Below are positions 1-8,369 of a stretch of 64,000 nucleotides of DNA, one piece after another. The first letter of the stretch is position 1. Each line of letters opens with the position of its first letter. Both the position numbers and the translations under genes were made by a program. The notes under the pieces were generated by a model. That model did not search any database. It was not told the DNA's origin and saw only the letters and a program-made list of their open reading frames with translations. The stretch lies in the IMG/VR virus record IMGVR_UViG_3300027847_001698. One strand, given 5' to 3'. The stretch is from a virus (Duplodnaviria > Caudoviricetes).

Positions 1-238
1 CTGAATAATCTAATATTATATCTTTGAATGCATTCTGTGCGTCTGTAAAAATTATATTCTTGTCATGATTTAGATCGCCAAGAATATCAATATTTTTTAT
101 CTTCTCTTTTCGTGCGTAATCACAAACCTTTCTTATCAATGAAATAAGATCGCTTAATCTTTTAGGTAGTCCATCTTCTTGGATATTAGAATCTCTATAC
201 CAAGACAGATGTAAATCCGCTAAGGCAATTCTTTTCAT
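1..238 (-). CDS. Mre11/SbcD (T4 gp47-like) metallophosphoesterase nuclease, N-terminal part; runs off the window edge
   Basis: Not in the ORF track; translated by hand from ATG at 238: MKRIALADLHLSWYRD...IDILGDLNHDK, with the calcineurin-like motifs DxH and GDxxH. AGGAG lies upstream (256-260). Confidence 0.75.
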   Translation of the reverse strand, partial: MKRIALADLHLSWYRDSNIQEDGLPKRLSDLISLIRKVCDYARKEKIKNIDILGDLNHDKNIIFTDAQNAFKDIILDYS

Positions 239-294
239 AATCTAAAAAATTTAAACTCCTTTTTGTTTATTCTAAAAGTCGTACAATCTTATCT

Positions 295-1161
295 TTACAA
301 CAGTGTTAGAATCTCAGTGTCATCGTCATCATCTGCACCGTGTTGTATTCCCGCAGAATTTACAGCCTCTTCTTGGCTAATGACATCATGATCCATCAAT
401 AATACATAATCTTGCAAACAAGCACTTCCATCTTCCATTGATTCCATTGCTTGTTCTAATCTTTCTCTCAACATATCAGCGGGATCTACAATAGGAATGT
501 TCATTCCTAGAAAATCTTCACGGTTTCCTACCATTCCTGTCTGATGCTTTACTTGGCCATGGGAATTATAGTTATAATGTCCAGTATGAACAACTGCTTT
601 TTGTTGATAGACCTTTTTACTAACTTTCTCAAGATCAAGATCAAACTTTTTAGTATTTATAATATTAATATCCAACGGTAGTTGAATTCTACCAACTGGA
701 CTATTAATATTAATTATACCTGAATGAATAATTCTATTCACAAACAATAGAGAAAATTCATGATTAACATTGATATACTCATCATCGGTGCCTGAGAATT
801 TTGTACAACCAGAAGGATGTCTATGAATTACTCCATTGAACCCCGCTGGTGCTTCTTCTTTAAAATCTATAGTTGCAGCAGTTACTTCTTGTTCAGGAAG
901 CATCCACTTATTTTCCAGCATTAATATGCCATCGACAACCTTACCCTTTAAATACAATGCAAATTCAACAGAAGAATCTGGAAGATCATATTGGATTTGT
1001 AACATGACTTCCTGTAAATCACTTGGAATTACGACATCTACACTGTTGATTATTTGTAGAGCAGGATTTTCATTTTTCCAAACTACTTCCCCCGAACTCT
1101 TTTTTATTTTCATGTCTGCTTTAGACGTATCTACTGATTCATCCTTTATGGTCGTTAGCAT
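295..1161 (-). CDS. JAB/JAMM (MPN+) metallo-isopeptidase
   Basis: H113-R-H115-P-x6-S123-x2-D126 (HRHPSGCTKFSGTD) has canonical JAMM spacing; upstream EFALYL and PEQEVT motifs are typical of prokaryotic JAB proteins; acidic C-terminal tail. Confidence 0.85.
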   Translation of the reverse strand: MLTTIKDESVDTSKADMKIKKSSGEVVWKNENPALQIINSVDVVIPSDLQEVMLQIQYDLPDSSVEFALYLKGKVVDGILMLENKWMLPEQEVTAATIDFKEEAPAGFNGVIHRHPSGCTKFSGTDDEYINVNHEFSLLFVNRIIHSGIININSPVGRIQLPLDINIINTKKFDLDLEKVSKKVYQQKAVVHTGHYNYNSHGQVKHQTGMVGNREDFLGMNIPIVDPADMLRERLEQAMESMEDGSACLQDYVLLMDHDVISQEEAVNSAGIQHGADDDDDTEILTLL

Positions 1162-1909
1162 TGTACACTTCCTCTGTTACCGGTTGTTGATCTACATTCT
1201 GGCCCAAATAAATTCCTTCTAATAATCGTCCTGTATCAAATGTTATAAGTTTATTAAATAAGTTATCTTTATCATTGCATGAAAAACTTCCATCGTCAAT
1301 TAATGAGTATTTTGGCATTAGAATGTGATTACATACCAAATTTGCAACTAATTGAGCAGAGCAAACAAAAGAAGGAACTATATCATAATTCCCCCGTGCA
1401 CTCGTACCCATTACAGTTGTATGTCTTGGATTTCCGTCTATTGTAACAGACAATCCATCATAACCTAATTTCCAAACCTTTGTATGTTCTGAAAACTGCT
1501 TTATATCTTTAAAGATATTATCTCTACAATCTATAACTACCTCTGGGTAACTCCCCTTCCCCTTAAGTACTTCCAATGAGTTTTCATCATACTTTTCATT
1601 ATATATAACTATATCAATATCAATTCTTCTTTCAAGGATAAGCTCTAATACTACATCTGTTTTATTTCTTCCAATATCACATATTCTAAATAACGTTCTA
1701 TTCAGATTAGTATTTTCAATTGTATCCGAATCGTACATAACTAGTTTCTTAATTTGGCCAGTTAACGCCAAATTAAGAGCAACCCATGAACCTATTCCGC
1801 CAAGTCCAATTACTAGTGCACAATTATATTCTCTAAGATTTAATGATCGTTGTCTGTCACGTACTTCTTCTCCCCGATCATTAACTATATTATAAATTGA
1901 TTGTGTCAT
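1139..1909 (-). CDS. ThiF/MoeB/E1-like adenylating enzyme
   Basis: Rossmann motif VIGLGGIG, then YDSDTIENTNLNR, GRNKT and VIDCRD. No CxxC zinc motifs seen. Confidence 0.9.
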   Translation of the reverse strand: MTQSIYNIVNDRGEEVRDRQRSLNLREYNCALVIGLGGIGSWVALNLALTGQIKKLVMYDSDTIENTNLNRTLFRICDIGRNKTDVVLELILERRIDIDIVIYNEKYDENSLEVLKGKGSYPEVVIDCRDNIFKDIKQFSEHTKVWKLGYDGLSVTIDGNPRHTTVMGTSARGNYDIVPSFVCSAQLVANLVCNHILMPKYSLIDDGSFSCNDKDNLFNKLITFDTGRLLEGIYLGQNVDQQPVTEEVYNANDHKG

Positions 1910-1915
1910 TATAAA

Positions 1916-4039
1916 TCACTCGTTTGTTGAGTTTGTTGAATATCTAATGTCCGGTGAATTATCTATATATTGTATACAATCTGACGCGGATACTATTTTA
2001 TCCTTTATATTCTTATATGCCTCCTTTTCCCAATCTTTAGGTATTATGTCAGATTCTTTAGTCTTCTTTTTGGGTGGAGTTAATAACAATCCAAACTTTT
2101 TCCTTACTGTTTCTGAGAGAAATCCCCATGCCCTACAAATGACATCTCCACCTAATAATGAAAGATTCATGATCACCTTTTCAAAAGTTTCAGGATCATT
2201 AAAAAGCATTGGTCGGGTATATGAATTTTTACAATAGAAATATAAAGGTTTATCACTATCGTGGGAACCATCAGGCAAAAATACACCTATAACAGTTACA
2301 CCATTAGGATGTACCCAAGTTAATCTTCTATCAGAGTTTAAGATGAAAGATGATGAAACAGTTTCGGCATTACGCATTTGATCTAAAATTCGTATATATA
2401 CAGATAATTCTTCAACATCAATTTTATCATCTATAGCCTCTTTAATTACGTCTACATCTATTAATTTGCCGTCCTTAATAATTTCAACTTCATCTTTTCC
2501 ATTTATTGTTCTTGAGGGAGACAGCCCTCTATTATCATCCTTTTCATCATCTATTATTAAATCTCCTGCACCAATAGCAATCATTTTAGATTTAGATGAT
2601 TTTTTAGATACTTTAAGAAATTCTGATTCTGATTTGCATTTAACCTTTAATATTTTGTGATAATACGATTCATTATAAGCACTATCATAATTTAGAATCT
2701 GTAATAACGATTCCATTTTTATTAAATGCTCTTCAATTTTTTCCGTGGGTCCAGAAAATTTAATATTTCCTAAATCACCTAAGCATACTGAACCATCAGA
2801 AGATACATTTGGATGGGTGGATTCTGTAAAAGAAAATCCATCTCCATTAATATATAACCATTTTACTCTAAACATTCTTAACTCTTTAGGAATTATTTTA
2901 CAAACACCATCTCTAAAAAATCGATCAGGTAATATATCTATCTTCTTTTTCCATAACAAATTAGATCTATAATTACTACTAAATCGTTCATGGGTAGCTA
3001 CTTCCCATCCATATTTAGTTAACAGACCAGATATAGTCAATCCTCTATGAAACGATTGTTGTGAGCTGTCTCGATTTTCATTTGAAGCTCGTTCTAATAC
3101 TTTGGTTAATAAACTTGCATATATTTCAGATTTCCCTGATTGATAGATTGTGTCCCACTCTGCGGTAGCCATAGTGCGTTTTAATTCTTTCAAAATCCCT
3201 TCGGAATCTAAAGTAAAGTCTGCATCTGATGGGGAATATTTACATTCCTCTAATCTCTTTATAAGTTTACATATAGATTCATCTTTTCCGTCAGCTTCCC
3301 AATGTTTAATATCTATATCATGAAGTCTATTATGAACGAATGTAATTCGATCAAGAATGTTTTCTAGTAATACATTAACCTTTTCTACATCTCTTGATCG
3401 TCCACTTCTCATCAAATATCTTAATACTGGCCATTTTATATAAGTGGTTCCATCCACACACATAAACCCAACTAAAACTGAATTAGTTCCAACAAAGAAG
3501 ACCTCTGATACTAAACTATCTTTGACATCACAAATATCTTGTAATAATCTTGAATTTACAACTGAAGTAAGATTTGCAAATCCTGGATTTCTAAATCTCA
3601 TATTTGGACATATATTGACACATAATTTTCTAAATGTTACATCGGAATCATTTAAAGGAGTTCCTAAATATTTAGAAAATGACGTAGCCATACTTGCATG
3701 TGAAACTCTAGGATTACATGTAATATATTTTAAAAGATCACTAAGTCCAAAGTTTGTTATAACTAACTTGTGATTCATCTTTAATGACTTACCATATTCA
3801 TCCAAGGTTAGCTGTTCGTCATAAACTAGACTATATGAATTCAACCTATGGGTGTCACCTGGATCGTCAGATATGACATCTCTTACTACTACATTATTTA
3901 CCAAATCTAAATATTTATCATTTACCAAAAGTTTAGAAAGACATTTATTTAGCTTTTCTATAAATCTTCGTTCAAATGTATAATCTCTATGGTTATCTGG
4001 GGTAAACAAACGAGAAAGGGTTTCTTGTGTTCTGCTCAT
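1916..4039 (-). CDS. Large protein with a central prokaryotic E2 (UBC-like) domain
   Basis: STHPNVSSDGSVCLGDL (H409-P-N411, C419) matches the E2 signature HPN-x7-C (compare YHPNINSNGSICLDIL of Ubc4/5). Adjacent to E1 and JAB genes. Confidence 0.7.
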   Translation of the reverse strand: MSRTQETLSRLFTPDNHRDYTFERRFIEKLNKCLSKLLVNDKYLDLVNNVVVRDVISDDPGDTHRLNSYSLVYDEQLTLDEYGKSLKMNHKLVITNFGLSDLLKYITCNPRVSHASMATSFSKYLGTPLNDSDVTFRKLCVNICPNMRFRNPGFANLTSVVNSRLLQDICDVKDSLVSEVFFVGTNSVLVGFMCVDGTTYIKWPVLRYLMRSGRSRDVEKVNVLLENILDRITFVHNRLHDIDIKHWEADGKDESICKLIKRLEECKYSPSDADFTLDSEGILKELKRTMATAEWDTIYQSGKSEIYASLLTKVLERASNENRDSSQQSFHRGLTISGLLTKYGWEVATHERFSSNYRSNLLWKKKIDILPDRFFRDGVCKIIPKELRMFRVKWLYINGDGFSFTESTHPNVSSDGSVCLGDLGNIKFSGPTEKIEEHLIKMESLLQILNYDSAYNESYYHKILKVKCKSESEFLKVSKKSSKSKMIAIGAGDLIIDDEKDDNRGLSPSRTINGKDEVEIIKDGKLIDVDVIKEAIDDKIDVEELSVYIRILDQMRNAETVSSSFILNSDRRLTWVHPNGVTVIGVFLPDGSHDSDKPLYFYCKNSYTRPMLFNDPETFEKVIMNLSLLGGDVICRAWGFLSETVRKKFGLLLTPPKKKTKESDIIPKDWEKEAYKNIKDKIVSASDCIQYIDNSPDIRYSTNSTNE

Positions 4040-4046
4040 ATTAAAT

Positions 4047-4080
4047 AAAAAAGGTGGCTAGAGATTTATCCCTAACCACC
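4047..4080 (-). terminator. Intrinsic terminator-like hairpin between the Ubl-like gene and the E2-like gene
   Basis: Minus strand reads GGTGGTTAGGGAT-AA-ATCTCTAGCCACC followed by TTTTTT. Confidence 0.65.
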
Positions 4081-4101
4081 CTCCTCTATTTATATAATTG
4101 C

Positions 4102-4710
4102 TTACGCAGCTTTATTTACTTTGCCGACTTTCAACGAAAGAATACGACCTTCACCCAGAACGATATCAGTCTTACCGGAAATGTCGGTATTAGTTTTGAC
4201 ATCAGAAACAGCAAACGAGGCCATTCCTTGTTCAGTGGCATAAGTACTAATCGCGGAGAGGGTGTCATTTGCGTCCTCAACCTTGAACTTTGGTTCGCCG
4301 TTGATTACCAAAAGATACGCACCGTCAGCGAGAGACACCTTATAACCTTTCGGAAATGCCTTGTTTGGCGGGCAGTGAACATGAACACGTCCACTCTTTT
4401 TCTTTGCTGTAAACCCAGACAATGTATCAGCAGTCAATGAAGCAGGAGAACCAACCTTGACCATGGGCTTCTTAGATGCTTTGATAGTTGTCACTCCGCT
4501 GGTTCCACTTCCTGCAGAATACGTCACAAATCGACCACCATTATAAACAGAAAGCGTTCCATTTTCTACTAATGTGGTCAGTTCTTCCTTCAGCGATGCT
4601 GATGCCTTTGATGTAAAAAGTACATCCTTGGATATTCTGGTTGCGGTTGAGTTTTCGTTTTTCTTGACATACAACACGACTTTATTACTTACACTTTTTG
4701 TTAGTGACAT
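4102..4710 (-). CDS. Putative winged-helix + ubiquitin-like (beta-grasp) fusion protein
   Basis: aa ~6-66 have a wHTH pattern (helix-helix-helix ending LVENGTL, then a beta wing); a Lys/Ser-rich linker follows; aa ~131-202 have a beta-beta-alpha-beta-beta-beta pattern ending in an exposed small-residue tail KVNKAA. Directly upstream of E2-E1-JAB and visibly more GC-rich than its neighbours. Confidence 0.55.
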   Translation of the reverse strand: MSLTKSVSNKVVLYVKKNENSTATRISKDVLFTSKASASLKEELTTLVENGTLSVYNGGRFVTYSAGSGTSGVTTIKASKKPMVKVGSPASLTADTLSGFTAKKKSGRVHVHCPPNKAFPKGYKVSLADGAYLLVINGEPKFKVEDANDTLSAISTYATEQGMASFAVSDVKTNTDISGKTDIVLGEGRILSLKVGKVNKAA

Positions 4711-4744
4711 AAGGGTATAATTCCTTGGTTAAAAATAAAGAATC

Positions 4745-6166
4745 CTATTTTAATATCTTTTCTTCTATTTGCCAATTCTTTTCTGTATAGAATCCAATCC
4801 GGTACTTTGCCCGATTGATCAAATTATCATCTCCTATATCGACTAAATCTATTACGACTGGTTGTTGTTTATCTGGATGAGATCTAACAACCCGCCCAAC
4901 AGCCTGTTCTAAATTAGAAACAGGAGTAGCCAATATTAAACAATCTAATATTTCTTTATTAGTACCGTCTCTAGCACTTCCATAAGTACTAAAAACTAAT
5001 CTACGCTGTAGATGAGCATCACGCTCATTCTTCGATCTTGGGATGAAGAAACCTACTTCTTCTTTGTTTTTACATGCCTGCGAGGCATGATCTAAAATTT
5101 TAATTCTATCTGCCAAAAATAATAAGTGTCTGGTCGACTTAGACACTTCCATGACCAATTTTTTTATAGCTTTTTTATACGGCTCGGACTTGACTAACAA
5201 ACTCAAATATCTAGCCGTGTCAAAAAACGGTTTAATATTGTTATCCCGATCGTACTTTGTAAGATGTGTAATGTAATTTTTATGATTTTTCATAACACCA
5301 TGATCAAATTTCAATAAGATCACTTTCGGTGCCATAGTGTCTATACCCGAGGAAACCGGTACGTATACCTGTCCAAGATGTTTATATATTATATCTGTAT
5401 TTCCATCTAATCTACTTGGAGTAGCAGACAAACCATAGATTCGTTTAGATGGAATCCAAATCGAAGTTCTAGAAAACTGTTCAGCACTTACCGAAGTATG
5501 ACATTCATCCCATATAGCAATTCCAATTTGTGCATCATTCAATACCTTCTTCATTAGTTCGGGGGGCTTCCGCTTAACCAAACTACAAAATGTTTGAACA
5601 GTTGTGATTATTATATCCTTTTGCAAATCTTCCTCAAATGAAGAAGACCTAAGCCTAGAGATATTATCTTCCGATATATCTGTATGCTCTAAAAACTTAT
5701 CGACCCATTGACTAGCTAAAGAGTCCTTATGTACAAATATTATTGATTTTTTTCCAATTGTACATATCGAGTGGATGCTTACTACTGTCTTTCCTTCTCC
5801 AGGACTTAAACATAGTATACCATTAGTATTCGTTTCAAACCACTTGATCGACTCTTTCTGTCTTTCATTTCTTGGGACGACCTTGGAGGTTATACTTATA
5901 TCCTTCCCTACAATACTTCTATCTGTTATCTGAAACATTGCAGGGAGTTCATAAAAACGTGGAATCATTAATTCGCGAGTTGACTTATCTGTATCGTAAT
6001 ATTTTCTAATATCAACATTTGGAGCATCACTATCTGCCGTTTGTTGATATGACCTGGATTGTCTAGTCAAATCTCGAATTATTCTTGCAAACCATTCCTT
6101 GTCCTTATTGGAATCAACTGGAATTCGAATTGCAGAATCTTTTATGAGAGTTTGACTACATCCCAT
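4745..6166 (-). CDS. Superfamily 2 DNA helicase (UvsW/ResIII-like)
   Basis: Walker A LSPGEGKT, DECH, SATP, QAVGRVVR. Start placed at the ATG at 6166, which overlaps the queD stop; the track ORF extends to 6193. Confidence 0.85.
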   Translation of the reverse strand: MGCSQTLIKDSAIRIPVDSNKDKEWFARIIRDLTRQSRSYQQTADSDAPNVDIRKYYDTDKSTRELMIPRFYELPAMFQITDRSIVGKDISITSKVVPRNERQKESIKWFETNTNGILCLSPGEGKTVVSIHSICTIGKKSIIFVHKDSLASQWVDKFLEHTDISEDNISRLRSSSFEEDLQKDIIITTVQTFCSLVKRKPPELMKKVLNDAQIGIAIWDECHTSVSAEQFSRTSIWIPSKRIYGLSATPSRLDGNTDIIYKHLGQVYVPVSSGIDTMAPKVILLKFDHGVMKNHKNYITHLTKYDRDNNIKPFFDTARYLSLLVKSEPYKKAIKKLVMEVSKSTRHLLFLADRIKILDHASQACKNKEEVGFFIPRSKNERDAHLQRRLVFSTYGSARDGTNKEILDCLILATPVSNLEQAVGRVVRSHPDKQQPVVIDLVDIGDDNLINRAKYRIGFYTEKNWQIEEKILK

Positions 6167-6602
6167 ATTGCGCCCACGAATTAGGAGTTTCAAACAACTT
6201 TACATTGATTAATTCTAATCCTGAAGTTGGCGGTAAATTGTCGTTGACTTGTTCAAAGCACCACCTTGATAATTCTTCTGCTGTTGGGATAAATGGAACT
6301 TTTATAAGATTCCATGTGTCCTTAAATGGTTCAAACATTTCAGCTATCTCTTTGTCATTCTCGTAATAAATAAATCCATGATCTAATACATCATGTACAT
6401 ATGTTGTCATTACATCTTTCAAATCCCCAAAATCAATAACCATTCCTTGTTCAGATGAGCCTGATTCGCTATTTAGATATCCTGAAACTGTACATTCTAG
6501 TCTATATCTATGACCATGGGGATTTCTACATTTACTTTTATGATTAGGGACTCTGTGACCTGCATCAAATTCTATAATTTTAGTTATTCTAATCATCTTC
6601 AC
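6156..6602 (-). CDS. queD: 6-carboxy-5,6,7,8-tetrahydropterin synthase
   Basis: FDAGHR, CRNPHGHRY, VIDFGDLK, LDHG, PTAEEL and ETPNSWA are characteristic QueD/PTPS motifs. Confidence 0.92.
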   Translation of the reverse strand: MKMIRITKIIEFDAGHRVPNHKSKCRNPHGHRYRLECTVSGYLNSESGSSEQGMVIDFGDLKDVMTTYVHDVLDHGFIYYENDKEIAEMFEPFKDTWNLIKVPFIPTAEELSRWCFEQVNDNLPPTSGLELINVKLFETPNSWAQYGM

Positions 6603-6906
6603 TTTTTATTTGGTTTTTATTATTCTGTTCTTTTATTTTCTCTAATAAATCATCATACACAATAGCTAAATTGTCAGTTGGTAAAAAACACATACATTCA
6701 CTCTTCTTCCAAATGTATCTGTCATGTTTAGATGCTTTAACAAAAGCAGGAAATGATAACTCTAAATTATTATCAACGAATTTTACTTCTATTATATTAG
6801 TACATATATATTGATCAACATGTTCGTCTACGACTGTTACTATTAACGTCATTGCGCCATATTGAATTAAAATTACTTTTTTCATTTCAAATATTTCTCC
6901 TTCCAT
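6589..6906 (-). CDS. Hypothetical protein
   Basis: Fills the gap between topoisomerase A and queD with overlapping ends. Confidence 0.6.
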   Translation of the reverse strand: MEGEIFEMKKVILIQYGAMTLIVTVVDEHVDQYICTNIIEVKFVDNNLELSFPAFVKASKHDRYIWKKSECMCFLPTDNLAIVYDDLLEKIKEQNNKNQIKSEDD

Positions 6907-8189
6907 ATGTAATTAGAAAGATCAGCTAGATGAGATTCTACCTCACCCTTTAGTTGCCCAAGCCGCTGTGTATCAGTTGATATTTTAAACAGTCTAGCTA
7001 ATGTATACTTGTCAAACAAACCTTTTAGGATATCCTCAGAGCAAGAGATAGCGGACGATATGTTAGTTATCACCTTATCTAAATCATTTGGATTAGACTT
7101 CAATTCAATGCTCAAATGGGGTTTAATTTTGCCAATTAATGTTAGCTCATCTATTGCAACTTGGAACGCTTTGGTCTTTTTGATTAAATGATTTTTTACA
7201 ACATTAGTAAATACAGAATGAACATTCTTAAGCATTTGATCAATACTTACCAATATTACTTTTCCATCTGTATTACACATGTGACATTCATACGTCACAG
7301 ATCCAATCATCACATCATTCAATTTCTTCACAACTTGTTCAATCTTTAACATTCTAGGCTTTACTATCGTAAATCTAACCTTTGTAGATGTTCTTGATTC
7401 ATCCTGCCAACCAAGTGATTTATCAATAGTAATTTCCTTATTGAACTTTTTTAGAATTGCAGTAAATGTTTTCGATGGGGGGATAGATTCAATAACAACT
7501 GATTTGGTATCAATCTTTTTAAATTTCCCTTTGAATTCAAGTTTTGCTCTTCCTGTTGTGAGTAATGTTTCCAATTCTTCGTTACCTGATATAATCTTAC
7601 TAAGAGATATCGGTTTAATAATTGGCCCATCACCCTTTTTGTCATCTAAAATCCATTCTAATCGTTTTAATAAATCTTTTTGCTTAAAACTAGGAATTAA
7701 TGTTCTGTATCCAAATCCCATACCTTGACAATATGAATTTTGAGGTAATAGACAAATAGGAAACATTGTTGGCAAGAACACTGGCTCTTCTTCCATTTCC
7801 ACTTCATCATACGGAACATCTTTTATATATTCAAACGTCCTATCTAATATATCCTTTTGTAATTTTACTTCTGTGTATCTTTGTGCAGCAGGGGGATTCT
7901 GGTCAACTCCAATGTTATTACCCCAATTTCCTTGTCCTGTTGCAAATCCATTTTGTACAAGCCCAACCAATGACGAATAAGCTGATTCATCTCCATGTGG
8001 ATGATAGTGAGCAATACAATGCCCTACTATCTTGGCAGACTTTACAAAATTAGATTTGGCGACTTCATACAATGAGTACAATAGTCTCCTTTCAACTAAT
8101 TTAGCCCCATCCATAATAAACGGAAAAGATCTAAATTTGTTTATATATTGCCCATACTCAGCGTACAGATCTTTTATTATATCATCCAT
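6882..8189 (-). CDS. gyrA: Type IIA topoisomerase subunit A (GyrA/ParC/T4 gp52-like), lacking the C-terminal pinwheel domain
   Basis: DGAKLVERRLLY, KSAKIVG, YHPHGDES, GQGNWG and catalytic AAQRYTE. Only 435 aa. Confidence 0.92.
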   Translation of the reverse strand: MDDIIKDLYAEYGQYINKFRSFPFIMDGAKLVERRLLYSLYEVAKSNFVKSAKIVGHCIAHYHPHGDESAYSSLVGLVQNGFATGQGNWGNNIGVDQNPPAAQRYTEVKLQKDILDRTFEYIKDVPYDEVEMEEEPVFLPTMFPICLLPQNSYCQGMGFGYRTLIPSFKQKDLLKRLEWILDDKKGDGPIIKPISLSKIISGNEELETLLTTGRAKLEFKGKFKKIDTKSVVIESIPPSKTFTAILKKFNKEITIDKSLGWQDESRTSTKVRFTIVKPRMLKIEQVVKKLNDVMIGSVTYECHMCNTDGKVILVSIDQMLKNVHSVFTNVVKNHLIKKTKAFQVAIDELTLIGKIKPHLSIELKSNPNDLDKVITNISSAISCSEDILKGLFDKYTLARLFKISTDTQRLGQLKGEVESHLADLSNYIWKEKYLK

Positions 8190-8369
8190 TTATATCTCAA
8201 TTATTGGTTGTCCATCCACCAATCCTAGTTTTGGGGCGTCTCCGTCTTTAACATATATTTCAGAGATATCTAAATAATCTTCTTCGTCCCCATCAAATAC
8301 AACAGCTTCCATGTCTAATTGTTCTTCATCCATCTCACCCAACCATTCCTTCAACTCACGGTATATCAT
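8190..8369 (-). CDS. Small acidic hypothetical protein (59 aa)
   Basis: Below the track cutoff; hand translation MIYRELKEWLGEMDEEQLDMEAVVFDGDEEDYLD...GQPIIEI. Its ATG overlaps the gyrB stop and its stop abuts the gyrA start. Confidence 0.6.
   Translation of the reverse strand: MIYRELKEWLGEMDEEQLDMEAVVFDGDEEDYLDISEIYVKDGDAPKLGLVDGQPIIEI

Noticed and set aside
295-4710. Reading E1/E2/JAB as a host CBASS or Bil defence island
   Set aside because: No CD-NTase or effector gene is nearby, and the module is co-oriented and tightly packed among phage replication genes.
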